64,000 nt of DNA from an uncultured delta proteobacterium. Its GTDB lineage: Bacteria; Desulfobacterota; Binatia; DP-6. How positions within the stretch are numbered: position 1 is the first letter of the stretch; each line of letters begins with the position of its first letter. The position numbers and the translations under genes were made by a program. This document shows positions 20,038 through 30,635 of this stretch, in pieces. The notes beneath the pieces are model-generated. The model worked only from the letters and a program-made list of their open reading frames with translations. It had not been told where the DNA came from and ran no database searches. The stretch is taken from positions 736,001 to 800,000 of the forward strand of contig CAWFFN010000008.1 of assembly GCA_963815115.1 (NCBI GenBank), in the 5' to 3' direction.

Positions 20038-20838
20038 ATGAGCCAGCTTCGGATATTCTCGTACCTGCCGAACCCACGGATCTGGAAGGCGACGATCGCC
20101 GCTCGCCTATGCGGCGTGGAGATCGAAGTCCGCGGAGCGCCGCCCACCGAGCTCCAGTCCTGGCTCTGGGACTTCGACGCGCGGCCGCTCTTGCCGGCCG
20201 ACGACTCCGAGCCCGCGGGCGAGCAGATCGGTCGAACCGGCTTCAAGGGAGTGAAGCTGCGGAAGACCCGCGCCTTTCTCGAAGCGCATCCGTTCGGCAC
20301 CGTCCCGGCCGCGTTCAGCCCGGACGGCACCATCGGCATCTTCGAGTCGAACAGCATCATGCGAGCGGTCGCCCGGCTCGGCGAGGGACGCTTCCCGCTC
20401 TACGGGCAGGATCCCTACGAGGCGTCGCGTGTAGACAGCTTCCTCGACGCGAGTCTCGTCTTCGCTCGCGATGCGCAGACGTACTTGCTGTCGCTGCTCG
20501 ATGGATCCGTCTCTGCCGAGATTCAATCGCGAGCCCAGGATGCTCTCGCCACCTATCTCGGCGGGATCAGCCTGGCGCTCCTTCCGGAGCGCCACTTCTT
20601 GGTCGGCGAGAAGATCACTCTCGCCGACATCTGCTTCGTCGCCGAGCTCGCGCTCTTCTCGAACGAGCGAGCACGGAGAGACGTGCTCGAACGACGAGGC
20701 CTCTCGCCAGTCCTCGACGGGATGAGGAGCGACGCGGGGTACACCCGGGCCTTCGCGCATTTCGATCGCTTGCGGAAGCATCCCGCGTTCGCCCCCGACG
20801 TCGAGCCGTATCTCGAAAAGATCGACCGTACGGCTTAG
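20038..20838 (+). CDS. glutathione S-transferase family protein
   Basis: HPFGTVP, IFESNSI, FLVGEKITLADI. Confidence 0.85.
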   Translation: MSQLRIFSYLPNPRIWKATIAARLCGVEIEVRGAPPTELQSWLWDFDARPLLPADDSEPAGEQIGRTGFKGVKLRKTRAFLEAHPFGTVPAAFSPDGTIGIFESNSIMRAVARLGEGRFPLYGQDPYEASRVDSFLDASLVFARDAQTYLLSLLDGSVSAEIQSRAQDALATYLGGISLALLPERHFLVGEKITLADICFVAELALFSNERARRDVLERRGLSPVLDGMRSDAGYTRAFAHFDRLRKHPAFAPDVEPYLEKIDRTA

Positions 20839-20901
20839 CGAGACGCGCATGCCTCGTGACGACCGACGCGTGGTCAAGTTCCTCTTCACTACGGCGACAC
20901 C

Positions 20902-21144
20902 ATGAGCCACGACGTACCGCCGGCCGGCTTTGAGCCTCACGACCGCAAGAGCCCACTGACGGCGCCGTGGGAGCCGATCTACTGCAACGCGAATGGCGAC
21001 TGGGTCGTTCTGGGCGTCGAAATCCGCGCGGCGCACACGAACACTCGGGGCCTGGTGCACGGTGGATTCGTTGCCGCGCTGCTCGACAACGTCATGGGGT
21101 CGCACCACCTCGGTTACGAGGTCACGCTCCGCCCCGCCGCCTGA
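20902..21144 (+). pseudogene. PaaI thioesterase, truncated
   Basis: HTNTRGLVHGGFVAALLD; only 80 aa. Confidence 0.7.
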
Positions 21145-21422
21145 CGCCGCGTACCGAGCGAGTTACTTGGTAGAACCCCGGTGGGCCAAGCATCTAGCGA
21201 ATTCACCGAACGTCCGGTCGCTCGCTCTCCTCGGTCCCATAGAAGACAAAGGGTTCCTTCACCCTTGACGGCCCCGGGTCGTCGCTCGTTACGGCGCCTG
21301 CAAGAGGCCGTGGCAGGATGGGCCGCCACGGCCGGGGCTCGCTCGAAGTGCCGAGAAGACGTCGAGCTGGGGGCGCCGAACTGTCTTCGATGCCGATGTC
21401 AGGCCATCGCCGCGTCTCGCGC

Positions 21423-22310
21423 CTACGCGAGCGCCCGCGCCCACGTCTCCTCGCCGATGACGAGGAGGCCGACGCCGTTCGCTTCACGGGCGTGCTTCTC
21501 GGCGCCCCGGCCGCCCATGACGAGCCGCGTCCCGCGCGGCAGCTGCCGCGCCACCTCGCGCAGGACGCTCCGGAAGACGCGAGCTCCAGGATCCTGCACG
21601 CACGAGAGCGCGACGATGTCGGGCCGAAGCTCCCGCACGACGCGCGCCAGGTCCAGCTGCGGCGTGCGTGCGCCGACGTACGTCACCCGGAACCCGGCCT
21701 GGCGGAAGCGGAGCGCCGCACCCAGGAGCCCAATCTCGTGCGGCTCCTCCGGGAAGCACGCGCAGACGACATGTCGCCGCCCGCCGGCCGGCGCCGCGTG
21801 AAGGAGCTGGACGAGCCGCGAGCGGACGGCGTGGCTCACGAGATGCTCTTCCGCGACGCCGAGGCTTCCCGCGTGCCAGCGCTCTCCGATCTGGCGTTCG
21901 ACGCTCACCATCAGCCGCTCGTACACGACGAGCGGAGGCAGAGCGGCGAGCGCGTGGTCGAGCACCGCCTCTACCGTCCGCTGGTCGAGGCGTCTGGCCG
22001 CCGCGATGATGTCACGCTCGTACAGGCGGACCTGGTCGCCGTCCGCGCTGGCGAGCGCCGCCGACGTGCCCCGTCCGGCCGTCTCCTCGCCACCATCCGC
22101 GGCGAGCTGCACCGCCTCGCTGATCGGAACGCCGTCTTCCGTGAGCTCGCGGAGCCGGAGCAGGAGCCGGATGTCGTCCTCGGTGTACGCGCGGTAGCCG
22201 CCCGCGGTCCGCGGCGGCACTGGCACCCCGTAGCGGCGCTCCCAGGCGCGGATCACGTGCTCCGACAGCCCGGTGCGCGAGGCGGCCTCGCCGATGCGAT
22301 ACCGCCTCAT
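21423..22310 (-). CDS. carH: CarH/LitR-type MerR cobalamin photoreceptor regulator
   Basis: RAWERRYG, W-x9-EH (WHAGSLGVAEEH), E-x-H-x2-G (EPHEIG); last gene of the crt operon. Confidence 0.85.
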   Translation of the reverse strand: MRRYRIGEAASRTGLSEHVIRAWERRYGVPVPPRTAGGYRAYTEDDIRLLLRLRELTEDGVPISEAVQLAADGGEETAGRGTSAALASADGDQVRLYERDIIAAARRLDQRTVEAVLDHALAALPPLVVYERLMVSVERQIGERWHAGSLGVAEEHLVSHAVRSRLVQLLHAAPAGGRRHVVCACFPEEPHEIGLLGAALRFRQAGFRVTYVGARTPQLDLARVVRELRPDIVALSCVQDPGARVFRSVLREVARQLPRGTRLVMGGRGAEKHAREANGVGLLVIGEETWARALA

Positions 22311-22335
22311 GCCCCGGCCTGTGCCCGGGAGCGCA

Positions 22336-23609
<1,274 letters not shown>

Positions 23610-23613
<4 letters not shown>

Positions 23614-24503
23614 GCGGCGCGCTTCCACCGCCACACCGTGGCGGCCGCGAGGGCGAGCTTCCGGCGCCCGGGGACGACGGCGCGTCGGCGAAAGACGTCG
23701 TAGTCCCGCTCCGTGATGACGCGGAGGATGTCCCGGTAGAAGACGGCCATCAGCCCGACGGCGAGCCGCGCGCGGGCGCCGGCGAGGTGGGGGATGCCAG
23801 GGAGGGCGCGCGCGTAGCCGGCGCGGGCACGGGCGATCTGGGCCCGCATGAAGGCGCGGAAGCGGTCGTCGACGCGTCCCGCATGCAGGTCGCCCTCCTC
23901 GAGCCCGGCGGCGCGGAGCTCGTCGAGCGGCAGGTAGAGGCGGCCGCGCGCAAGATCCTCGCCGATGTCGCGCAGGATGTTGGTGAGCTGCATGGCCCGG
24001 CCGAGCTCGTCCGCGTAGCGGAGGGCGGCGGGATCGCCGTAGCCGAGCACGGGTGCGAGCATCAGCCCCACCGTGCCCGCGACCCGGTGGCAGTAGAGGT
24101 CGAGCTCGGCGAAGGACGCGTACCGGGTCTTGACGAGGTCCATCTCGACGCCGTCGACCAGCGTCAGGAGCGGCTCGACCGGGATGCGGTGGCGGGCGAT
24201 CGTGTCCCTGAGCGCCGCGAGCTCGTGCGGGTGCCAGGGCGCGGATGCGACCGGCGACGTCCGCCCTCCGCCGAGCGCGCGCACCACGCGGCGCATCCTG
24301 TCGAGCCGCAGCCCGACGGTCGAACGGTCGCTCCCCTCCGGCTCGTCCACGAGGTCGTCGAGACGGCGGCAGAAGGCGTAGAGCGCCATCGCCGATCGCC
24401 GGCGCTCCGCATCGAGGCAGAAGGCCGCGGCGAAGAAGCTCCGCGCGTGCGCGCGCGTGACGCCCCGGCAGCGGCGATGGCCATCACGCAGCGCCGCCGT
24501 CAT
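23610..24503 (-). CDS. crtB: phytoene synthase
   Basis: YAFCRRLDDLVD, YCHRVAGTVG, QLTNILRD. Confidence 0.93.
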
Positions 24504-26011
24504 GCCGCCTCGCCGCTCGTCACGGCATCCAGGTGGCGTACGATCCGTTCGGTCACGAGCCGCGCCGAGAGCATGACCATCGGGAGGCCCGTCCCCGGCT
24601 GCGTCGAGGCGCCGACGAAGAACAGGTTCGGGACGTTCGCGTCCTGGTTGCGCGGCCGGAACGGGCCGACCTGGAAGAAGTCGTGCGAGAGACCGAAGGC
24701 GGCGCCGCGCTCGAGGTTCAGCTCCGACTCCCAGTCGTCGGGGGTGAACTGCCGCTCGACCACGACGTGCTCGGCGACGTCCGGGCAGCCGATGTCCGCG
24801 AGCCGCGCGAGCACTTGTGCGCGCAGTCGCGGACCCTCGACCGCCCAGTCGAGCCCGGGGCGGCGATGGGGGACCGGGACGAGAACGTAGATGTTGTCAC
24901 CGCCGGGCGGCGCGCAGCCGGGATCGGTGCGCGCCGAGACGTTCACGTAGAAGCTCGGGTCCGCCGGCACCCGGAAGCGCTCGAAGATGTCATCGAACGC
25001 CCCGCGGTAGTCGCTCCCGAAGAGCACGTTGTGGTGGAGCAGCGCCGGGTAGCTCTTGCTCGTGCCGAGGTACAGCATGAACGCGCTCGACGTGTAGCGC
25101 AGCCGATCGGCGTGCCGGAGGGTCGTCTCCCGCGGGTCGATGAGATTCCGGTACGCCCACGGGAGGTCGGCGTTGCACAGGACCACCTCCGCCGGCACGA
25201 AGGTGCCGTCGGCGAGCTGGAGCCCGCGCGCCCGCCGATTCTCGATCGCGATCCTCGCGACCGGCGCGCCGTAGTGGACCCGGACGCCGAGCTCGACGGC
25301 GAGCCGGGCGAGCGCCAGCGGAAGGGCATGCAGCCCGCCGCGCGGATACCAGATGCCTCCGGCGAGCTCGGTGTAGGGCAAGAGTCCGTAGACGGCGGGA
25401 CTCCGGAACGGGGAGATGCCGAGGTACATCGTCTGGAAGGTCAGCGCGGCACGCAGGCGATCGTCGCGAAAGTAGCGCGCCACCTCGGGATACATCCGGC
25501 GATGCGCCCGGACCGCGAGGATGCCACGCAGGTTCGCGGGGGTGAGGAACTGCCCCAGATGGTCGAAGTTGCGGCCGACGAAGCGGTCGAGCGACGTCCG
25601 GTACTGCACGTGCCCGCGGGCGAGGAGCGCGAGGTAGCGCGGGAAGCTCCCCGGCTCGACGCGCTCGAGCTCGCGTGCCATGCGCTCCAGGTCGGACGTG
25701 AACGTGAGCGCCGAGCCGTCCCGGAAGTGGATGCGATAGTTGGGGTCGCACCGCTCGAGCGTCAGGTAGTCATCGAGACGGCGGCCGCCGGCGGCGAACG
25801 TCTCCTCGAGCACTTCCGGCATGAGGAGGAGCGTCGGTCCCGTGTCGAAGGTGAAGCCGCCGAGCTCGAGACGCCCACACCGTCCGCCGGGAGCGTCGCC
25901 GCGCTCGAACATCTCCACCGCGAAGCCCGCGTGCGCGAGCCGGACCGCGGCGGCCAGGCCACCCACCCCCGCTCCGATGACCGCGACCCGGCCTCTCGTC
26001 GTGCGCGTCAT
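24500..26011 (-). CDS. crtI: phytoene desaturase
   Basis: GAGVGG, FDTGPT, GASTQPGTGLP. Confidence 0.92.
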   Translation of the reverse strand: MTRTTRGRVAVIGAGVGGLAAAVRLAHAGFAVEMFERGDAPGGRCGRLELGGFTFDTGPTLLLMPEVLEETFAAGGRRLDDYLTLERCDPNYRIHFRDGSALTFTSDLERMARELERVEPGSFPRYLALLARGHVQYRTSLDRFVGRNFDHLGQFLTPANLRGILAVRAHRRMYPEVARYFRDDRLRAALTFQTMYLGISPFRSPAVYGLLPYTELAGGIWYPRGGLHALPLALARLAVELGVRVHYGAPVARIAIENRRARGLQLADGTFVPAEVVLCNADLPWAYRNLIDPRETTLRHADRLRYTSSAFMLYLGTSKSYPALLHHNVLFGSDYRGAFDDIFERFRVPADPSFYVNVSARTDPGCAPPGGDNIYVLVPVPHRRPGLDWAVEGPRLRAQVLARLADIGCPDVAEHVVVERQFTPDDWESELNLERGAAFGLSHDFFQVGPFRPRNQDANVPNLFFVGASTQPGTGLPMVMLSARLVTERIVRHLDAVTSGEAA

Positions 26012-26024
26012 GCCACATCTCCCT

Positions 26025-27080
26025 TCATCGGACGACGGTCTCCAGGATTTCCTCGAGCGCCGCCCGCATCCCGCCAGTGTCGGGCAGCATCCGCGTCCAG
26101 TGACGCGCCGTGCGCGTCGCCCCCGCGATCGCCTGCTCGGCGACGCGCCGGCCGCCGTGGTTCTCGACCAGGCCCCGCATCTCGGCGGTGGCCGCGGGCT
26201 CGGCGGCGGCCGCCTCCCACAGCGCCTCCAGCCGGTGCCGGACCGACGCGGGCGCCTGCGCGTATGCGGCGAGCACCGGCAGCGTCAGCTTGCGCGCCTC
26301 GAGGTCGCGGACCGGCTTCGCCGCGGCGGCGGAGTTCCCGAACAGGCCGGTCAGGTCGTCGCGCAGCTGGTAGGCGAGCCCCGCCGCGTGGCCGACGCGC
26401 TCGAGGGCGTCGACGAGGCGGGTCGCGCCGCCCCCGAGCCGGGCCCCGGCGACGAGCGGTGCGACGAAGCTGTAGCGCGACGTCTTGAGGGCGGCAATCC
26501 GGATGGCCTGCAACGGCCGGGCAGCAGCGAGTTCGGCGCCGGAGAGCTCGAGATCGAGATATTGACCCGCCGCCGTCTCGCGACAGACGCCCAGATAGTA
26601 CCGCACGACCGCGGGCGTCGCCGGGAGATTGCACCCCAGCATGAGATCGACGGCGAGCGCGAACAGGTGGTCGCCGACCACGATCGCGAGGTCCTCGCCC
26701 CTTCTCCCCCCGCCGAGGCAGCGGTGCAGCGCGGGCCCGCCGCGGCGCGTGTCGGCGCCGTCCGCGACGTCGTCGTGGACGAGCAGGAAGGTGTGCAGGA
26801 GCTCCACGCCGATCGCGAAGGACCAGAGCCCTTCCGGCACGGATCCCTTGCGGCGCGCGAGCCCGTGGCCGATCGCCAGCAAGGCGGGCCGCAGTCGCTT
26901 CGCGGGCCGGAGCGCGTAGTACCGCGTCTCCTTCAGCGCACGCCCCCAGCGTGCCTCGAGTGCGCGCTCCGCCGGCAGCTCGAGGACCCGCCCGAGTCTG
27001 CGCTCGAGGTCGGCCTGGAAGTCCGCGAGCCACGACGTGTGATCGAACCAATCCGACCTTGCCTGCTGGGCTGCGTTCAT
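26025..27080 (-). CDS. crtE: polyprenyl (GGPP) synthase
   Basis: KRLRP, HDDVAD..RRG, QLRDD. Confidence 0.88.
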   Translation of the reverse strand: MNAAQQARSDWFDHTSWLADFQADLERRLGRVLELPAERALEARWGRALKETRYYALRPAKRLRPALLAIGHGLARRKGSVPEGLWSFAIGVELLHTFLLVHDDVADGADTRRGGPALHRCLGGGRRGEDLAIVVGDHLFALAVDLMLGCNLPATPAVVRYYLGVCRETAAGQYLDLELSGAELAAARPLQAIRIAALKTSRYSFVAPLVAGARLGGGATRLVDALERVGHAAGLAYQLRDDLTGLFGNSAAAAKPVRDLEARKLTLPVLAAYAQAPASVRHRLEALWEAAAAEPAATAEMRGLVENHGGRRVAEQAIAGATRTARHWTRMLPDTGGMRAALEEILETVVR

Positions 27081-27088
27081 GAAGGCGT

Positions 27089-27128
27089 TGTCTAGTCTTG
27101 TGTCCAAGGCTTGTCAAGAGTATGTAGA
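27089..27128. promoter_or_regulatory. CarH-type operator over divergent promoter
   Basis: TGTnnA at 27089, 27101, 27112 and 27123 (TnnACA on the minus strand; 12/11/11 spacing), one copy being TTGACA. Confidence 0.75.
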
Positions 27129-27135
27129 GGCCATC

Positions 27136-27882
27136 ATGCCCCGACACGGCACCCTCGCGCTTCCAATCGCGATGACACTCGCCGTCGTCGCCGGGCGCGT
27201 CGAGGCCGTGTTGCCGCTCGCTGCCGGGACCTACCGGCTGGAGATGCGCTTCGGGAGCCACGCCGACCTGCCCTTCGTCGGCGCGGTGCGGTCGACCACC
27301 GTCTCGACGTCCCTCGTCGACATCCGCGCGCGAGACGGCGCGCTCGAGCAGACGCACCGGGTGTGCGACGCGCACCTCGAGGGCGCCGCGCCCGGCGTGC
27401 GGGTCGAGATGCCGTCGCGTTTCATCGCGGCGCTCGGCACGCACTCCTACCCGATCGCGGTGTCGTGGGACGGCGCCGGATGGCGCTACCATGCCGATCT
27501 CGGGATGGAGTACGTCGGCTGGCACCCCGACGACGACGCCCCGCTCCCCGGGAGCCCGGACGATCCCGGTGTCTACGACTGGGACGGCGACGGCCGGCCG
27601 GCCGCGACGCTCCGCCTGATCTTGCCGATCCTCCCCGCGGGTGAGCTCTACGTCGTGCAGCGCGCCCACTCCGTGCTCGACGGCCGCATGGTCGCGCTAG
27701 ACCGCGTCGAGGGACGGATCGACCTCCCGCTCTTCGAGCAGGCCGTCATCGGAGCACGCCCCGGATTCCTGCGCCGCTCGCCCCGGGCGACGCAGGACCC
27801 CGAACGCAGCCGGTTCGTACTCGAACGCGTTGCGACGGGAACAGCGTGTCCCGACCTCGTGGAAGCACGGAGCGGCCGGTGA
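27136..27882 (+). CDS. secreted hypothetical protein in carotenoid cluster
   Basis: Signal-like N-terminus, DWDGDGRP motif; GTGA overlap with the next gene. Confidence 0.7.
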   Translation: MPRHGTLALPIAMTLAVVAGRVEAVLPLAAGTYRLEMRFGSHADLPFVGAVRSTTVSTSLVDIRARDGALEQTHRVCDAHLEGAAPGVRVEMPSRFIAALGTHSYPIAVSWDGAGWRYHADLGMEYVGWHPDDDAPLPGSPDDPGVYDWDGDGRPAATLRLILPILPAGELYVVQRAHSVLDGRMVALDRVEGRIDLPLFEQAVIGARPGFLRRSPRATQDPERSRFVLERVATGTACPDLVEARSGR

Positions 27883-29042
27883 CGATCATTGCCGGCATCG
27901 TCCTCTTGCTGCAGGCCGTCCTCGCCGTGCGTGTCCTCGCCCGCCTCGTGCGGACGGCGGGCGGCGACCGCATCCACGCGGACGATCGGCTGCGCGACGC
28001 GCGGGTCGCGATCGTTGTCCCCGTGCTCGACGAGCGCGAGCGGATCGGCGCCTGTCTCGCGGCGCTCGCGGCGCAATCCGACGAGGTGCGGGAGATCCTC
28101 GTGGTGGACGGCGGGTCGCAGGACGGCACCCAGGCGGTCACCGCGGCACACGCCGCCGCCGATCCTCGCATCCGGCTCGTCGACGCCAGTCCGGTGCCGC
28201 CGGACGCGACCGGCAAGGCGTGGGGCCTGAGCGTCGGCCTCCGCCGGACGTCGCCCGGGACGGAGTGGATCCTCTGCGTCGACGCCGACGTGCGTGCCGC
28301 CCCGGGGCTCACCCGCGCGCTCATCGCGCACGCGGAGCGTACCGGCGTTCCCGCCTTCTCGGTGGCGACGCGGCAGCGGCTGTCCGGCGCGGGCGAGGCG
28401 CTGATCCACCCGAGCCTCCTCGCGACACTCGTCTATCGCTTCGGCAGCCCCGGCCACGCCACCGCCGATCCGTCCGCGGTGCAGGCGAACGGCCAGTGCT
28501 TCCTCGCGCGCCGCGACCTGCTGCTCGCGACCGGCGCCGTCGAGGCGGCACGCACGTCGCTCTGTGAGGACGTGACCATCGCGCGTGCGCTCGCGGCGGG
28601 CGGCCATCGCGTGGGCTTCTACGAGGCGGACGGCCTCGCCACCGTCGGCATGTACCGGAGCGGGCGAGAGGCGTGGCGGAACTGGCCGCGTTCCCTTCCC
28701 ATGCGCGACGGGTTCTTCGGATGGCGCGAGGCGCTCGGGCTCCTCGAGGTCGTGTTCGTGCAGGCGCTGCCGGGGCCCCTGCTCGTCCTCACGGCGGCCC
28801 TCGGCGGGTCACGTGCGGCGATCGGGCTCGAGGTCATGCTCGTCGCCTGCCGCCTCGGCGTGCTCGCCGGCATGGCGCGGGCCTACGTCGACCGCCCGCT
28901 CGCCTATTGGCTGTCGCCGCTGACCGACGTGCCGGTGGCGGTTCGCCTGATGACGAGCGCGCTGCGGCGCCGGCACCGGTGGCGAGGATGGTCATATGTG
29001 CGGCGCCCCCGCGGCTGGGTGCGTGTCGAGGAGGGATCGTGA
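27879..29042 (+). CDS. GT2 carotenoid glycosyltransferase (CruC/CruG-like)
   Basis: VVDGGSQDGT, TGKAW, DAD, NGQC, EDV; gene context. Confidence 0.85.
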   Translation: MTIIAGIVLLLQAVLAVRVLARLVRTAGGDRIHADDRLRDARVAIVVPVLDERERIGACLAALAAQSDEVREILVVDGGSQDGTQAVTAAHAAADPRIRLVDASPVPPDATGKAWGLSVGLRRTSPGTEWILCVDADVRAAPGLTRALIAHAERTGVPAFSVATRQRLSGAGEALIHPSLLATLVYRFGSPGHATADPSAVQANGQCFLARRDLLLATGAVEAARTSLCEDVTIARALAAGGHRVGFYEADGLATVGMYRSGREAWRNWPRSLPMRDGFFGWREALGLLEVVFVQALPGPLLVLTAALGGSRAAIGLEVMLVACRLGVLAGMARAYVDRPLAYWLSPLTDVPVAVRLMTSALRRRHRWRGWSYVRRPRGWVRVEEGS

Positions 29043-29878
29043 TGCTCGTCGGATACGTGCTCCTCGCGGCGCACGTCGTGTCGATCGTGTTCTCCGTCTC
29101 CGGGATCGTGATCGCGCTCCGGTACCCCGAGCTGTGGGCCGATTCAGCGACCGCCACCTGGGTGTTCTCCATCGGCATGCGCTGGGGCGCTCCCGGACAG
29201 ATCGCCCTCGGCGCGGGCGCCGTGCTGGTCCTTGGCGCCGCCACGCTCGGGTGGCGGCGCGTGGCGACCTTCTTCGCGCTCGCGGTGGCGGTGTCACTCG
29301 CCGCGGAGCTCGTCGGTACGACGACCGGCTGGCCGTTCGGCGCCTACGCCTACGGCGACGCGCTCGGGCCGAAGATTCTCGATCGCGTGCCGTACGCGAT
29401 CCCGCTGTCGTGGTTCTACATCGGGTTCGCGTCCTACCTCCTCGCGTCGCACCTGACGGCGCGTGCCGGTTTCGGGCGTCGGGCGGCGGCGACGGTGCTG
29501 ATCGGCGCCTGGCTGGTCACCGTGTGGGACCTCGTGCTCGACCCCGCGATGGCGCACCCGGCCATGCCGATCAAGTTCTGGATGTGGCACCAGGACGGTG
29601 CGTACTTCGGGATGCCACTCTGGAACTTCGTCGGCTGGGGCATGACCGCTGCCACCTTCATGGGCCTGGCGCGCTGGGCGTTGGGGGAGCTGCCCGTCAC
29701 GCAGCGGACCCTCCAATGGGCCGCCGCCGTCTACGGGGCGAACCTCGTCTTCGCCGCGCTGCTCGATGCTGGCGCGGGTTTCTGGGGCCCGATCGTGTTC
29801 GCGATCGTCGGGGTGTCGGTGCCGGCGCTCGCCTTCCGCGCCCGGCAGTCCGTCCGGCGCATCGCCTGGAACGTCTGA
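29042..29878 (+). CDS. cruF: carotenoid 1,2-hydratase (CruF family)
   Basis: ELVGTTTGWPFGAY.Y...VPYAIPLSW...WDLVLDP...GMPLWNFVGW. Confidence 0.85.
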   Translation: MLVGYVLLAAHVVSIVFSVSGIVIALRYPELWADSATATWVFSIGMRWGAPGQIALGAGAVLVLGAATLGWRRVATFFALAVAVSLAAELVGTTTGWPFGAYAYGDALGPKILDRVPYAIPLSWFYIGFASYLLASHLTARAGFGRRAAATVLIGAWLVTVWDLVLDPAMAHPAMPIKFWMWHQDGAYFGMPLWNFVGWGMTAATFMGLARWALGELPVTQRTLQWAAAVYGANLVFAALLDAGAGFWGPIVFAIVGVSVPALAFRARQSVRRIAWNV

Positions 29879-29885
29879 GCCGCCC

Positions 29886-30635
29886 ATGCGGGTCGTGGAA
29901 GGGATGGCGGGACGGACGATCGCCGCGGCGGCGGCCCGCATCGCCGCGCGCCGTCTCGACGTGGTCGTGGACGGGCTCGAGCACGTGCCGGCGAGCGGCC
30001 CGCTTCTGATCGTCGCGCGCCACTACCATCATCTCTACGACGGCGTGATGCTTCTCGCCGCCGTGCCGAGACGGCTGCACATCGTGGTGGCGCTCGACTG
30101 GGCGCGGACGCGCCGGGAGCGGGCGGTGATGGAATGGGCCGTCGGCGCCGCGCGCTGGCCCGCGCTGCTGCGCGACGACGCGCTCGCGGCCGGTCGGCAG
30201 CGGAGTGCGTTCCGTCGCGACGAGGTGGCGCGCTATCGTCTGGCGGCCGTCCGTCTGGCCGTCAGGCTCCTCGCCGCCGGCGCCGCGGTGCTGGTTTTCC
30301 CGGAGGCGTATCCGGACGTCGACCCGCGGTTCACGCCCAAGACGCGGCCCGGCGAGATGCTGCCGTTTCGTCCCGGTTTCGCCGTGATCCGCGAGCTCAC
30401 GCGCCGGCGGACGGGCATGAAGGTGCCGATCGTTCCCGCGGGGCTCGCCTACGAGCCCGGGACGCGCTGGGGGGCGGCGCTGCGCTTCGGGCCGGCCCTG
30501 CCCGCGGACGCGGCGACGGCCACGCTCGTGCGGATCGCCGAGCGTCGCGTCGCGGCCTTGAGCGCACCGATTCGGAGTGGGCGTGTCTCGACTGCCCTCG
30601 ACCAACGGGAGCTCGTGCTCCGGAGCCATGTCTAG
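29886..30635 (+). CDS. PlsC-like acyltransferase (probable carotenoid glycoside acylation)
   Basis: GLEHVP, H-x4-D (HHLYD), VFPE, VPIVP. Confidence 0.8.
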   Translation: MRVVEGMAGRTIAAAAARIAARRLDVVVDGLEHVPASGPLLIVARHYHHLYDGVMLLAAVPRRLHIVVALDWARTRRERAVMEWAVGAARWPALLRDDALAAGRQRSAFRRDEVARYRLAAVRLAVRLLAAGAAVLVFPEAYPDVDPRFTPKTRPGEMLPFRPGFAVIRELTRRRTGMKVPIVPAGLAYEPGTRWGAALRFGPALPADAATATLVRIAERRVAALSAPIRSGRVSTALDQRELVLRSHV

